A stretch of DNA of 64,000 nt from Paramoeba atlantica (GCA_977017575.1 CDRNVI010000006.1:216444-280443), one strand, 5' to 3'. Positions 21,055-32,505 are shown, counted from the first letter of the stretch. Program-made: numbers and translations. The notes: generated by a model not told the origin, from the sequence alone.

Positions 21055-21849
21055 ATGAGTACACAAAACGTTTCTGAAAAGAATCAAAAGGACAAGATGA
21101 AAATCGACGAGAGACATCATGCAACAACATCATCTACGGTAAGAAGCATCAACCTTCCCCGCGCCCCAGGTGTTTCCCTGACATTAACTCGCAAAGGTAT
21201 TAGACACGTGATGCTTCTTGACTTTGACAATGTCCCCGATTTCTTTCGAAGATGCGATCACGCGGCACAGGAGCTCTGTGGTGGTGACAATCCGCTGCCG
21301 TTCCTTCTTCCACCTGGGACATTTATTTGGTGTTTCAACAATGTACGTCTCAGGTTATACGATTTTACAGTGGGTAGTACGTGTTTTTACGACCTATTGC
21401 GCCATCATGATGTAGAATTCGACATGCCTGCGGCTATGCAGAAGAATTCCGCCGACACAGCTTTGGCTCTCTGTGTGGGTAAACTCGGGGCCATATGTCC
21501 AAAGGGCGTACCGTTCACCGTTATTAGCGAAGATCGTAGTTTTGACGAATTGGTTCGAAGAAAGGGGAAAAGTCGTAATATGGTGCGCTTCACGCGATAT
21601 CTCTCTTTGGAGGAACACAAAAACACACACCTCGACTTCTTTGCACAGTTGTACCAGAGACTTGTAGGGAAGCCAACCTCAGAAGCTAAGCGATACACGG
21701 AATATCCTTATTGTTACGTAAATTATGATTCTAGGGATAGCGTCAACGCCCAGGTCCGACACGCAGTGACTCAAATACATCCTTCTAAATATTCGCGACA
21801 CGTAACGCAGGATCTAAGCCAAAAGAAACCAAATTTAATGCATTTTTAG
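21055..21849 (+). CDS. PIN/NYN-fold domain protein
   Basis: LLDFDNV ... KNSADTAL ... FTVISEDRSFDEL reproduces the acidic motif spacing of NYN/PIN domains. Confidence 0.65.
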   Translation: MSTQNVSEKNQKDKMKIDERHHATTSSTVRSINLPRAPGVSLTLTRKGIRHVMLLDFDNVPDFFRRCDHAAQELCGGDNPLPFLLPPGTFIWCFNNVRLRLYDFTVGSTCFYDLLRHHDVEFDMPAAMQKNSADTALALCVGKLGAICPKGVPFTVISEDRSFDELVRRKGKSRNMVRFTRYLSLEEHKNTHLDFFAQLYQRLVGKPTSEAKRYTEYPYCYVNYDSRDSVNAQVRHAVTQIHPSKYSRHVTQDLSQKKPNLMHF

Positions 21850-22053
21850 GTCAAGCTGCTTTTGGGTCGCTTCAGTATGAGATGCGTGCCTGCATGTTTA
21901 CACAATTTATTCACAAGCCGCGTACAGTTTTGCGCGCTTTTTAGTATAACTTCCCTTATCAAAAAAGTGAAATGTTCAATCTCTCATATACAAGCCCTAT
22001 TTTTTTCGGTCTTTTCCAGAAAACAAAGGTTTCTTTAGCTAGTTTCACCAACT

Positions 22054-23232
22054 TTGCAATTTAATAACAGGGCAAAGTTATTGCCCTTCCTAATGAAATT
22101 TAAGGCAACACTTCACAACGCTCGCGCATTATATGCAGCATGTGATTCGCTACGAAAAATTAGCAAAACTGCAATACTACGTCTAAACTCTGCACGAATT
22201 CGACTCGTCGTCAAAGGATCTGGCACAGACGAAGCCACCTCAAAAAGTTCCCCGAATGCCCAAGTCTGGGTCTCGATTCCCACCGCGTCCATCTTTCAGC
22301 TCTTTCACATCAAATCAAAGCTCCACAATGACATCTACTGTGAAGTCAGCCTTGCGGACCTGATGTTAGCCCTTCGCCAAGGCTGCGAAGCCGAAGACAC
22401 CTCTTCACCCTCTTCCCACCTCCCCACCTCAACCCCCGTTACGCTACGCCTTACCAAGGATGGCACCCAGCCCACACTGAACCTCTCGCTGGCCATGAAA
22501 CGAGGCGCCGCACGACGTCTTAACCCCAACCCCGCGGACCCCAGGGGTTCGGGACTCGGTCCCTCCCACTGTGAGCCCACCCTTGATGGGGATATCACAC
22601 ACAGTGTCCCGGTGCGGGTTCTCGCAGAGGGGGAGGTCTCGGATACACGGCTGCCTACGCTGGACAGCTGTGTGTTCGCGCTACACCCCCCTCCGCCCTC
22701 CACGCTCTACGGGTTCTTTGACTCCTCCCACCGTGCGGTGGGCCACACGACAAAGTCCAATGCCACACAAAGGTGGTACTCCATGGGTACCACCCCGCAA
22801 GCCATCGCAGAGGATTGTATGCTGTACGTGAGCAAATCAAGGCAGGCTTCCCTTTCACGGGCAAAAATGAGGCTTGTGGTGTGCAGGGATACACATAAAA
22901 TACAATGTACCTTCTCGGATTTACCGGTCGTCGATACGGCAGCGTTTCTACAGGAAAATGCGGAGGCGCCCGTCGTGGAGAGTGATGAACCTCGTAATAC
23001 ACGTCGAGATACAAGTGTGGATGAGGAAAATGAGAAGGCGGAGGAGACATTGGCCTATGCACTATGCACGAAAACGTTTTCCAACATTTTACGCTCCATA
23101 GATAAGCTGAAGTATATTCGAGTAAAGCGAACTTTGTTTCATTGTCCAAGGGATACGGGTCTTGTTGTCTCCACGTTGTGTTCCGAGGACGTCACGTTCT
23201 TGTATTACTTGCCCACTCACACTAGTGAATAG
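22054..23232 (+). CDS. HUS1: Checkpoint clamp (9-1-1) subunit HUS1; likely ATG at 22093
   Basis: MKFKATL...ILRL...QVWVSIPTASIF...SKLHNDIYCEV...LRLTK...ITHSVPVRVL, the HUS1 pattern. Confidence 0.8.
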   Translation: MQFNNRAKLLPFLMKFKATLHNARALYAACDSLRKISKTAILRLNSARIRLVVKGSGTDEATSKSSPNAQVWVSIPTASIFQLFHIKSKLHNDIYCEVSLADLMLALRQGCEAEDTSSPSSHLPTSTPVTLRLTKDGTQPTLNLSLAMKRGAARRLNPNPADPRGSGLGPSHCEPTLDGDITHSVPVRVLAEGEVSDTRLPTLDSCVFALHPPPPSTLYGFFDSSHRAVGHTTKSNATQRWYSMGTTPQAIAEDCMLYVSKSRQASLSRAKMRLVVCRDTHKIQCTFSDLPVVDTAAFLQENAEAPVVESDEPRNTRRDTSVDEENEKAEETLAYALCTKTFSNILRSIDKLKYIRVKRTLFHCPRDTGLVVSTLCSEDVTFLYYLPTHTSE

Positions 23233-23373
23233 GTGCCTTGCTTCGGATAGTTTGATCACTTTTTTCTTTGTCATTATTCTGAACCTGTAAAATCAAAAAT
23301 CCATGAAACTAAAAACAAACTCATATACCTAAACCAATATATTTTTTTCAGTATTTTCTCCCACCCGAGTTCA

Positions 23374-24930
23374 ATGCGTCGCACCGCCTATCTTGGCTTC
23401 CTCTCCCCTTTCTCCTCACGCACCTACCCCACCCCTTCCTCCCCAACCCCCCCAACCCCTACCCAACCCCTCCAACACCCCATCCCCCCACCCCCACCAC
23501 ACAACCCCCCATGCCCCTGTTCCTCCTGCAACACCGGGGTTAAAAATACCCCCCCTTCCCTTCAACCCCCCTCCGGCACATCTCGCTCTCCTCCCCCCCC
23601 AACCACCACGACAACCAACAGCAACGTCCTCTCCACACGCTCCCCCCTCCCGGGGGGGCTGACCCTACGCTACGCCTCGAGCGGGGCCCGAGCCGGTCCT
23701 CTCGCCCCTCTGCCCTCGGGCCCCTCCCCCCTCCCCTCGGTACTCTACGCCCACAGTGCCGCGGCCTTCGCCCGGCCCGGGGAGGCAGCGGGAGCGGGAG
23801 GGGGTCGATTCGGGGAGGCGTTCAACCGAGGGGGAGGGGGAGGGGGAGGGGGGGGCTTCCAGCGTCGTGGAGGCTTTAGTGGCGCCTTTGACCGGAGTGG
23901 GGGTGGTGGGGGGAGTGAGGGGTATAATGAGAACACTAGCCGAGGTCAAGGGTACGGTTCGCCCCCGTACCGAGGAGGGGGGGGAATGGGACGTGGTCGA
24001 GGAGGGTTTATGGGAGGCTCTGCTCGGGGAGGGTTTCAAGGTGGAGCTGCGGGATATGGTCGTGGGGGATCGGTGGGGGAGGAAGGTGGTCCGTCGGGTA
24101 CGGAGGGGCAGGAGGGGGAAGGGGGGAAGTCGTACAACCCGTTTAAGTCGGATGGGATGCTTTTAATGCAGATTATGTCTCACTTTCCGGTCAAGGAGGG
24201 TGTGATTACACCGATGCAGGTGCCAAAGCTCATGGCAGCGTTGCCCGAGGAGGCCCAGGAGGCGTGTGGTGAGAAAGGGGGGCTGCTTAAATTTCTAAAA
24301 GACCGGCAACAGCTGTTTGTGGTCAAGCAGGCCTCAATGGAGGAGGGGGAGAACACCGGCACCGCGTACTACGCGGTCCCGACCTCTGTGGCGGCTAAGA
24401 TTGCCAAGCAGAAGGCGACGCAGGTTGGGGAGCTACGTGAGGCCCGGCAAGCGATGAAGGAGGCGAAGCGAAGTGAGGGCCCATCGGATGGCTTTTCCAG
24501 AGGAGGTCGAGGCGGACCCTCGCGTGGGGGATTCGGCAGGGCTGGGGGATTTGGTCGTGGAGGATTCAGCCGTGGTGGTGGTGGTGGCGGAGGGTATGGC
24601 CGTGGTGGGGGAGGGGGCGGATTCAACCGTGAGGGGGGTGGGGGCGGATTCAACCGTGAGGGGGGTGGGGGCGGATTCAACCGTGAGGGGGGTGGGGGCG
24701 GATTCAACCGTGAGGGGGGTGGGGGCGGATTCAACCGTGAGGGGGGTGGGGGATTCAACCGTGGAGGAGGGGGAGGAGGATTCAGCCGCGGTGGGGGAGG
24801 CGGATTTAGCCGTGGAGGTTACGGCCCGCCCGCTGGTCGAGGGGGTGGTGGGTTTCAGAGAGCAGACCCGGGCAACGAAGGTGGGGGTCGGTTTAGTGGG
24901 GGTGGCGGACGGTTTGCGAATTTTAAGTAA
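23374..24930 (+). CDS. RGG-rich RNA-binding protein with a small central globular domain, probably mitochondrial
   Basis: MRRT-type presequence; two Gly/Arg/Phe-rich tracts flanking a compact domain (MSHFPVKEG...GGLLKFLKDRQQLFVV). Confidence 0.75.
   Translation: MRRTAYLGFLSPFSSRTYPTPSSPTPPTPTQPLQHPIPPPPPHNPPCPCSSCNTGVKNTPPSLQPPSGTSRSPPPPTTTTTNSNVLSTRSPLPGGLTLRYASSGARAGPLAPLPSGPSPLPSVLYAHSAAAFARPGEAAGAGGGRFGEAFNRGGGGGGGGGFQRRGGFSGAFDRSGGGGGSEGYNENTSRGQGYGSPPYRGGGGMGRGRGGFMGGSARGGFQGGAAGYGRGGSVGEEGGPSGTEGQEGEGGKSYNPFKSDGMLLMQIMSHFPVKEGVITPMQVPKLMAALPEEAQEACGEKGGLLKFLKDRQQLFVVKQASMEEGENTGTAYYAVPTSVAAKIAKQKATQVGELREARQAMKEAKRSEGPSDGFSRGGRGGPSRGGFGRAGGFGRGGFSRGGGGGGGYGRGGGGGGFNREGGGGGFNREGGGGGFNREGGGGGFNREGGGGGFNREGGGGFNRGGGGGGFSRGGGGGFSRGGYGPPAGRGGGGFQRADPGNEGGGRFSGGGGRFANFK
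24622..24760 (+). repeat. 27-bp coding tandem repeat (FNREGGGGG, five copies, the last shortened)
   Basis: TTCAACCGTGAGGGGGGTGGGGGCGGA at 24622, 24649, 24676, 24703, 24730. Confidence 0.9.
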
Positions 24931-25292
24931 TGAGTATAAATCGTCCCGTCAACGAAAGACATTTTTGGCTCTTCAAAGCCATTCCACTAGACTCGGATAG
25001 AATGGTTGAATTGTTACCAAAACACATGTAGCGATTCGAAGCATTACTTTGCCTACATATTTTTAACCTTATGCAGATCTTCATAATTAAGCGGCAAAGT
25101 CATTTTTATCACATCATTAGTATCTTGTCTTATGCAGGAGTTCTCATTTTGAAGTGTTTAAAAATTGCAAACGAGGACAATATGGGTGAATTTACTGCAT
25201 GGCATGTTTATTGGAACAGGACAAGAAAACGAATTATTCTACCTTTTTACTGACGGGTTACGTGAGTTTATGACGAGAGCAGGGTATCTTCT

Positions 25293-25736
25293 GTGATGCC
25301 GGTAATGAAAAGATTCGATCGCTTCCTCGTGCGCCGTACTTCGGGGGTTTTCTCGAGTCACATAAGTTTAAACAATCAGCCTACTGCAGACCCTTCCACA
25401 ACGATTCCTTCAAGCGCCATACACGCAAATACACACAACTTTTGGCGTGAGAGATTGACGTACAATGTTGGTCGCATTCAGCAGTCTTATCTACCCACTT
25501 GGGATCGACTAGCACATGTGGCAATCATGCTTGCACGTCCAATTGACCAGCAGTCGGAGCCTTATCAGATCTTTCGTCACATTATCGATGGTTGGAGAAG
25601 ATCGTTCATTCTTCAGTTAACTGGAATACGTTCCACTTTTCTCCCAGCGCTGACAGCAGGCGGGGTGAAATTACCAGATCCTGAAAAAGTAAGAAAACAA
25701 GGAAATTCCCCACATTCTGGAAACGGAATCCCATGA
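25293..25736 (+). CDS. Hypothetical protein (147 aa), possibly mitochondrial
   Basis: ATG ORF co-oriented with the unit; Arg-rich N-terminus; family not recognised. Confidence 0.6.
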   Translation: MMPVMKRFDRFLVRRTSGVFSSHISLNNQPTADPSTTIPSSAIHANTHNFWRERLTYNVGRIQQSYLPTWDRLAHVAIMLARPIDQQSEPYQIFRHIIDGWRRSFILQLTGIRSTFLPALTAGGVKLPDPEKVRKQGNSPHSGNGIP

Positions 25737-26142
25737 CGCGTCGATTCAAAGTACTCTTATGAGAGGCGGCATTTTCCTGGAAAGAATTTTCCTTGAGTGA
25801 CGAACATTGAGGCTCCAACGAACAAATGTTCACGTAAGAAAATCTTTTGAATCGAATAATTCGCATTTTCACCATTTTTTCTCGTCGAATACGCATTTTT
25901 TGTCTCAGGCTGTGATATGACAACAAGAACTGAATGTTATTTAGACGGTCCTTACATTTTAAATGATTTACCGCTATCGTACGATATGGTTACCGATTTC
26001 GATTAAGTTATACTACAGAGGAAGAAAAAAAGGAAAGAAATTCATTGTACAAAGAAAGACAGTACATTGGAAAGAAAAAGAATAACAAATTAGAATGATT
26101 TTGAAAGACGTGTATTAATTCTTTTTAACGTAAATTTGTGTA

Positions 26143-28230
26143 TTGAGACGTATTATGTATCGTGTGTCTGGGAAGTATCTGGTATCTCTTACGGGAGCAC
26201 GGGCAGATCGTGGATTCCTTAGACCGGTCAAGCAGAACGTCGTTAGTAAAGGCGACCCAATGATTCTAGTTTTAGTGGAATCACCGAACAAGGCCCCGGC
26301 GGTGCGAAATTATTTGTCAAAGTACCTTTCCAGTCGATCAAATAACGTAGTGAACCTTCAAGTTATGGCCACAGTAGGACACTTCATGGAAAGCTGCGAT
26401 TTGGAACTCCGCGACAACTACGAAATGCAATGGAAATTGAGAAAGGACAAATTGAATATTATTCAAGGAATCATCGACGTTCTGGCACATTCTAGGATAA
26501 GAGAGGTTGTCCTTGCATCCGATCCTGATCGCGAAGGAGAGCTGATCGCGGCCCATATTCATGACATGATTCTCCCTACCAAGGTTGGAGTACCTTTTTC
26601 ACGCGCTTATTTCTATGCTATGACGGACGAAATGGTGACCAAGGGTTTTGTGGAGCGGAGGGAAAATTTCATTGATAAGAATCTTGTTGACAGTGCTTTG
26701 GCCCGTCATGCTATGGATAAAATTTTCGGATTTACAGCGAGCATTCTTTTGCAAAAAGTACATCCTAGCTGTCGGTCAATAGGAAGGGTCCAGACGCCAG
26801 CATTGCACATAGTACAAGAACGCGAAAACGAAATCCGTAAATTTCAACAGAGGGGAGCTCTTGTGAAGTACGATGTATATCCTGTTCTACGTAATAACTC
26901 CTCTCATGAAGACCTCTTTGGCGCATTCGACGCAAAAACAGCAGGTCTAACTACGGATCAAAATTTATGCGAGGAACGCGTAACAGAACTTCTAAAAAAG
27001 TGGAAAGGTCACTGCGGAAAAGTAAAAGTACAGATCAATAAGAAGACTGTCTCACCTCCACATCCATTTACAATGGCAACGCTCCTTATTGAGGCCGGAA
27101 AACAATTCTGCATGAGAGGTGACCAAGTAAGTCAGATAACACAGAAATTGTTTACTGAAGGACTCATCACCTACCCGCGCACCGATTCAGAACGTCTGTC
27201 TGAAGAGTTTGAAAACTCTCTGCTGAGCTATGTTTCTCAGACCTATGGAAAATCCTTGGTAGGCGTTGGAAGAAAATCTCGCAAGAAGGACACTTCAAAT
27301 GCGGAAGGGGCACACGAAGCGATACGTCCTACAGATCTGACAAAGACTCCTAGAACAATGTCTCTTACGGGGGGTGCGATGATGCTTTATACGCTTATCT
27401 ATCAACGAACTATTGCAAGCCGTATGGCCTCACTTGTGCAAAACGTAGCAGAAGCTAACGTCGTGTTTTCAGCTGCGTCAGAGGGTCGCGATCGGGCAGT
27501 GGTTACTGTGTCGTCGGCCTATATTTCCAGCCCTGGATATCGTCTGGCGTTCACGACCCCTGGATTGTCTTTCGACGAAAAGTCCTCTGCGGAAGTGCAG
27601 AATCGGTCACTCTATGATACCATAACAGCGATGCCAGACTCAACGGTGACTTTACATGACATTCGGGTCGCGACACATCGTGAGGCAAAGCCGCAGAGGT
27701 TGACCGAAGGAACGTTGATAAAGGCTCTCAAAGACGCAGGTATCGGTCGGCCTTCCACATACCCGACTACTATGGTGACACTGCGAGAGCGCGGCTATGT
27801 GTCCCACCTACGTGATCAAAAGTTACAACTCGCACCGCAAGGCGAAATGGCGGCATATTTCGCTAAAAAACATTTCCAGTCTTTCGTCGATACAGGGTAT
27901 ACATCTGGGATGGAAAAAATGTTAAATACTATGGCCAACGGAGGCACACTGCGCCATATGGTCGTTGCTCAATTCTGGAAAGAGTTTGATCAATGCGTAT
28001 CAAAGTCGCAAGCCGTTTCTTCTTCTGCGCATGGTGAAGTGTACGGAAAAGCACGCACACTTTACGAGGCGACGGAAATGTACTGCCCGAGAAAAGAATC
28101 TAAATCGGAGTCTCACGTTAGATATCCGAATTATAAAAAGCCTGGAGCCCGTCTTATCCATCCCCTCAAACTGAAGAAAAGGAAGAGCCAGATTCAAAAA
28201 AGTAGACTCAAGGTAAACTTACATAATTAA
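26143..28230 (+). CDS. Type IA DNA topoisomerase, bacterial TopA-like (kinetoplastid mitochondrial TopIA type); likely ATG at 26155
   Basis: LVESPNKA, ATVGH, ASDPDREGE, SIGRVQTPAL, ITYPRTDS (catalytic Tyr), GAHEAIRPT, GIGRPSTY. Confidence 0.93.
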   Translation: MRRIMYRVSGKYLVSLTGARADRGFLRPVKQNVVSKGDPMILVLVESPNKAPAVRNYLSKYLSSRSNNVVNLQVMATVGHFMESCDLELRDNYEMQWKLRKDKLNIIQGIIDVLAHSRIREVVLASDPDREGELIAAHIHDMILPTKVGVPFSRAYFYAMTDEMVTKGFVERRENFIDKNLVDSALARHAMDKIFGFTASILLQKVHPSCRSIGRVQTPALHIVQERENEIRKFQQRGALVKYDVYPVLRNNSSHEDLFGAFDAKTAGLTTDQNLCEERVTELLKKWKGHCGKVKVQINKKTVSPPHPFTMATLLIEAGKQFCMRGDQVSQITQKLFTEGLITYPRTDSERLSEEFENSLLSYVSQTYGKSLVGVGRKSRKKDTSNAEGAHEAIRPTDLTKTPRTMSLTGGAMMLYTLIYQRTIASRMASLVQNVAEANVVFSAASEGRDRAVVTVSSAYISSPGYRLAFTTPGLSFDEKSSAEVQNRSLYDTITAMPDSTVTLHDIRVATHREAKPQRLTEGTLIKALKDAGIGRPSTYPTTMVTLRERGYVSHLRDQKLQLAPQGEMAAYFAKKHFQSFVDTGYTSGMEKMLNTMANGGTLRHMVVAQFWKEFDQCVSKSQAVSSSAHGEVYGKARTLYEATEMYCPRKESKSESHVRYPNYKKPGARLIHPLKLKKRKSQIQKSRLKVNLHN

Positions 28231-28777
28231 TTCGCAAACGATTACAAAAGGAAATGCTAAACTATATAAATGCATCTCGAGCTAAAAAAGTGCATGTGAG
28301 CTAAAAAAGTGATCATGTGCTCACGAGAGATTCGGCTGGCAATAGAAGTATTGTGCCTCAAAATGCCATCTAGTAGGATCCCAGTGAAGTTTCAAATTCT
28401 TTAAAACTGACAAAAACTTGTTAATTTTTGCATTCACCTCTTCACATTGTAATACACTGAATGCGTGCTTACTTAGTTGTCAGTAGTTATTGTTGGTCAA
28501 TTTCAATCTCTAATACTCGCCTTGATGTATAACTGGCTATGAATCGAATCGCTTAGAATATGTACATGTACATGTACATGTATATCTTTTTGAAGCTTGT
28601 TCTTTTTACTATTTTTATTAATAAAAAGAGGACACTCTTGTATGTTACAGGGCTCAGTGCAAGACTATGATACGTATATGGTGTGCAAATCTGCGTAATT
28701 TTAAATTACGAAGTAAACTATTTATTAGTCAATGTGTTTGGGTGTAAATTTACTCTTAATACATTCTTATCTAGATA

Positions 28778-29860
28778 TTGGTTTCCTTTTTCCCACTACC
28801 GTCCTACAAACTCATTTCTAAGACCTTCCCCCTTTTCCTAACCCTCTTTTTACCCCCCCCCCCTGTAAGTGGCATGCCCCCGCGTCTCCTTCACTTTCGT
28901 ACACTGCCCCTTTTCCTTTCCCTTCTCCTCGGGTTTTCTCCCCCGTTATCCTCACACTCTTCTCTTCTATCTGCTTCTCTCTCACTTAATCGAAGTGGTT
29001 TGAAAACCACAGCTCCATGGGTTCCGCATCTCGCGGCCTATGATGACGACGTCGAGAGGACTAGTTCAAGCTCCATGGATGAGAACAGCACAAGGAAAGG
29101 AGTTGAAAACAGCGAGGGTAGTGAAGAGGATGTGAAGCAAATGGAAGAGAGTAGACAGCTGGAGACTCAAGAAGAGGAAGAAGACGAGGAGGAGGAGGAG
29201 ATGCTGCAGTCTACGGAGTCCCAGGACATACGCTGTGCCGTGCGGGTGCCCTCCTATACCGGGAGTTCTTCGGTGGAGCTCACCGCGGGGTCTCCGATGG
29301 ATGTGGTTGTGACGGTCGCTAACCGGGCCCAACGGGACGCGTTGGCCGGAAGTTACCGGGTGGAATATGTCCTGGCGCATCTCGCTGTGGGACAGCCGGC
29401 GTTTTTTGTGCAGAATTTTACTGGTGCGCAGTACAACCGCACGGTGCGCCCCGGAGACACGATCAGTTTGCCGTATCGCCTGTTTCCCGGTGTAGATCTC
29501 GAGAACCGGGACTACAACTTCGTGCTACAAGTGTTCTATGTGGGTGAAGAGGAAACGTTTCTAGCCACTCCGTTGAATACAACCGCAACCATACTTTCTA
29601 TCTCTCGTACCTCATCACAACTCTCTCGTTTTATGATTGGTGTCTCCTTGTTGGCTGCATTACTGGTTGCTATTTTTGTTAGGTGGGTCCAACGTAGGCG
29701 GTGTCTGAAATCGCATCACGAGAAAGCGCCAGGAAGAAAGAGTTCGGTTCATGCGATTTCAGAACAGATAGACTGGGACTACATAGGACCAGAGCACAGA
29801 CAGCGCGTGCGAGCACGCTCACATACACCCAAGCCTGTTAGAAGTTCGATGCAGAACTAA
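28778..29860 (+). CDS. SSR1: Translocon-associated protein alpha (TRAP-alpha); likely ATG at 28874
   Basis: Signal peptide, acidic tract, FFVQNFT...YNRTVRPG...LPYRLFP lumenal domain, one TM helix, DWDYI tail. Confidence 0.78.
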   Translation: MVSFFPLPSYKLISKTFPLFLTLFLPPPPVSGMPPRLLHFRTLPLFLSLLLGFSPPLSSHSSLLSASLSLNRSGLKTTAPWVPHLAAYDDDVERTSSSSMDENSTRKGVENSEGSEEDVKQMEESRQLETQEEEEDEEEEEMLQSTESQDIRCAVRVPSYTGSSSVELTAGSPMDVVVTVANRAQRDALAGSYRVEYVLAHLAVGQPAFFVQNFTGAQYNRTVRPGDTISLPYRLFPGVDLENRDYNFVLQVFYVGEEETFLATPLNTTATILSISRTSSQLSRFMIGVSLLAALLVAIFVRWVQRRRCLKSHHEKAPGRKSSVHAISEQIDWDYIGPEHRQRVRARSHTPKPVRSSMQN

Positions 29861-30919
29861 AAGCTCAAATTTATGCTCTGCACCGGTTTCGAATGATAGT
29901 TTCAATAGTTCTATTTATGGAATATACTTTTAGAGTACGATCTTGTATAAAAAGACGATACTCCATGTGGCTTTTATTTAAATCAGAATCCACTTTTTCT
30001 ATGGCACTTACTAATCTCATTGTTTTGTACGTATATTATAGCTATTACGTATGCTAAAGTCCCTGCTACATACGATATGGGCTATTCAGACCATCTTGTA
30101 CTATTATCGGGTAAGATGCAGTATACATGTAAATGTAAACCTACATGTAAATGTAGGTTGAAAATGATATTTTTGAATATTGTTCGAGTTCGCTTTTTCC
30201 AGGGATCCTTAAAACTACATCTAATAGATGTATAGATTCTAAATTAGTATAGATACTAAATTAGTATAGATTCTATACCAATTTTAAGGTGCTATAATCA
30301 CATAAATACTATATTTAAACCTTTATTTTCCCCCTGCTTTTTCTTTACCTCGTCCAGTATCACCCATGTCGAACAAACGCAGAAATGACAAAAGACAAGA
30401 AGAATGTGCTGTGACGAACTCCGATTTTTTTTGGCAATCAAGACTTTTTCTGTGGTTCATTTTTCATGCAAGTGAGTGAGCTCATGCACTTCCGTAAAGT
30501 CATAGTACATAGCGCCAGAAGATACGAATTTGTCCCCTCGTACATCAGGTATTTCATGAGTGCGTTGATTGACAACCCCGTACCTACGCCATTCGCCCCT
30601 GCGCAACTTCCCTCGCCCCGCCCAAAACCCCCCTCCCCCCCTGAGCCACTCTCCCTAGCCAAACCCCTGCTACTGGGGACCGTCCCAGAAATGATCAAAT
30701 CCTTGTTACTGGGGGGGTCTACGGTATATCGGAAAAAGGCGACGCGCGAAAATAAATGAACGTTTCACTTCCTGAAGAAAAGTATCTTTATGATAAGCTC
30801 TTGCTTTATGAAAGGTCTCGGACTGCCATCTCATTGACGGTACACACGCCGACCAAAAACGTCACTGGTTCAAAAAACCAAAAGGTGGACAAAGAATATT
30901 TCGTACTCTTAGTAAAATA

Positions 30920-31385
30920 CAGAGGGGTGCACGAAAATATCGGGGGGTCAAAATTCTTATAACTCGGCCAATTTTGCAAAATAATAGCGCATTCGAGAGC
31001 TCTCGCAGAGTTACGTGTCATGTGATATTACGTTTTACGTAGTTTCCAGGTATATGCATTCTCCTGAATACCGTAAATAGGGCAACTGCAAGTTTTTTTT
31101 CTGGTAAAAAAAAGTTAGTATCCACAATTTCCACCTTTTTTCTCCAACAAAATTTTCACACGCGTTGGAACACTCTTTAAAGTTCTCAAAAATACATCGT
31201 ATTGCTCCCCCTTTAATTTTTCGACCCCAGAAGCGATCGCTCGTCTCAAATCTTCACGATTCGTTGGACAAAGCGCGTTTATATGCTCGTCCATTATTCC
31301 CCAAATGTTTTCTATTGGGTTTAAATCTGGGGATTTGGGTGGCCAACACAACATCTTCACTCCTTCATCATTAAAGGCACGACGA
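30920..31385 (-). mobile_element. Tc1-like 3' half (C-terminal DDE fragment plus TIR)
   Basis: CWPPKSPDLNPIENIWGIM...KGGNCGY; TA|CAGAGGGGTG terminus similar to the 4180 MITE TIR. Confidence 0.75.
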
Positions 31386-31742
31386 GTATAAACGCAACCT
31401 GGCGGCCTCACTACAAAGGGAAAGCGATCAGGAGTGCCTTCAAGGCCCACACCCAACCCCGCTCCCCTGGAGGACCGACCCGGAACCGCAGAGCTGAACC
31501 AGGCTCCAGCGCAGCCGCTAAATTGCGAGCTGCTTACGCAAAGAAGGCTTGAGACACAGCCTACACGATGCAACGGGGTTGGACGCCCGTCCTGGTAGCT
31601 ACGGTTGGGGAGCCGTGCTCGGGCCGCAAGGCGTCGAGTGCCGTCTGGGAAGGGGGTAGCAAGACGATGAAGGTCGGTGACCTGAGACTCTACCCTAACG
31701 GTTGGCGCTGCAGAGCCCTCCGTGTTCTTCTTCTTCTTCTTC
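31385..31742 (+). other. GC-rich insert ending in (TTC)n, abutting the Tc1 fragment
   Basis: Abrupt GC rise; open reading with one TGA; TTC repeat at ~31723-31742. Confidence 0.3.
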
Positions 31743-32505
31743 TGATCGCATGGTTGATGATACACAACGACAAGTTGTGGAGAACTATTGGCGAAGTTCT
31801 GTTTCTCAAAAATACGTTTAGACAAGCATTAAACCGGATTCACTTTTCCGAAACACACACGGAACGCGAATTTGGTCACATGTTGCACATAGAAAACAAG
31901 AAGAGACATCTTTTTGACGACCTACTTGAGGGTATGGTGCGAGTCCTTCTTAATGATCCGTAGAACCGAAACCGACACAAGGCGCGCAAAGGAACACGAG
32001 GAAGACACTCATTTCCTTCGGAATACAACACCTTATCGGTGAATTGGAGCAAATTGTTTTTGGGAAAAGAACGGAAAGTAGCCCACAAGGAGGAGACAAT
32101 TCATTTGTCTAATGGAATTACACTTCGCTGGTATTTCCTTGGACAATCTAAAAGTAGGAAGTAGGGCGGTAGTGCAGAACGAGGATATCCGCATCGTTCA
32201 CACAGACTTTCGAGAAAAAGAGAAACTCTTTAGCTACGTTAGACAGGCAGTGAGAGCCAACCAAAAACTGTTTCTGCATTTTCAGCAGTGGGCTTTAAAA
32301 TTCTCAAGCAATGGCCATAACATTGAGTCGTATAATTATTTGCCTTTGTAATACCGTGATTTTAAAATAGTACACCTCTTTTGAATCTTACCTTCGTTTT
32401 TGATTTTTTTTTCGTTTACAGGGGTTTTTTTCTATGCTTTCCTATCATTTCCTTGTTTTTTTCCTTTTTAAACGAATTTTATTAACGTGGTTAAACCTGG
32501 AATAT

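Noticed and set aside
19482-24758. Overlapping and antisense Pro/Gly-rich ORFs (19482+, 19691-, 20029+, 23665-, 24369-)
   Set aside because: They are by-products of extreme local C/G skew and repeats over real genes.
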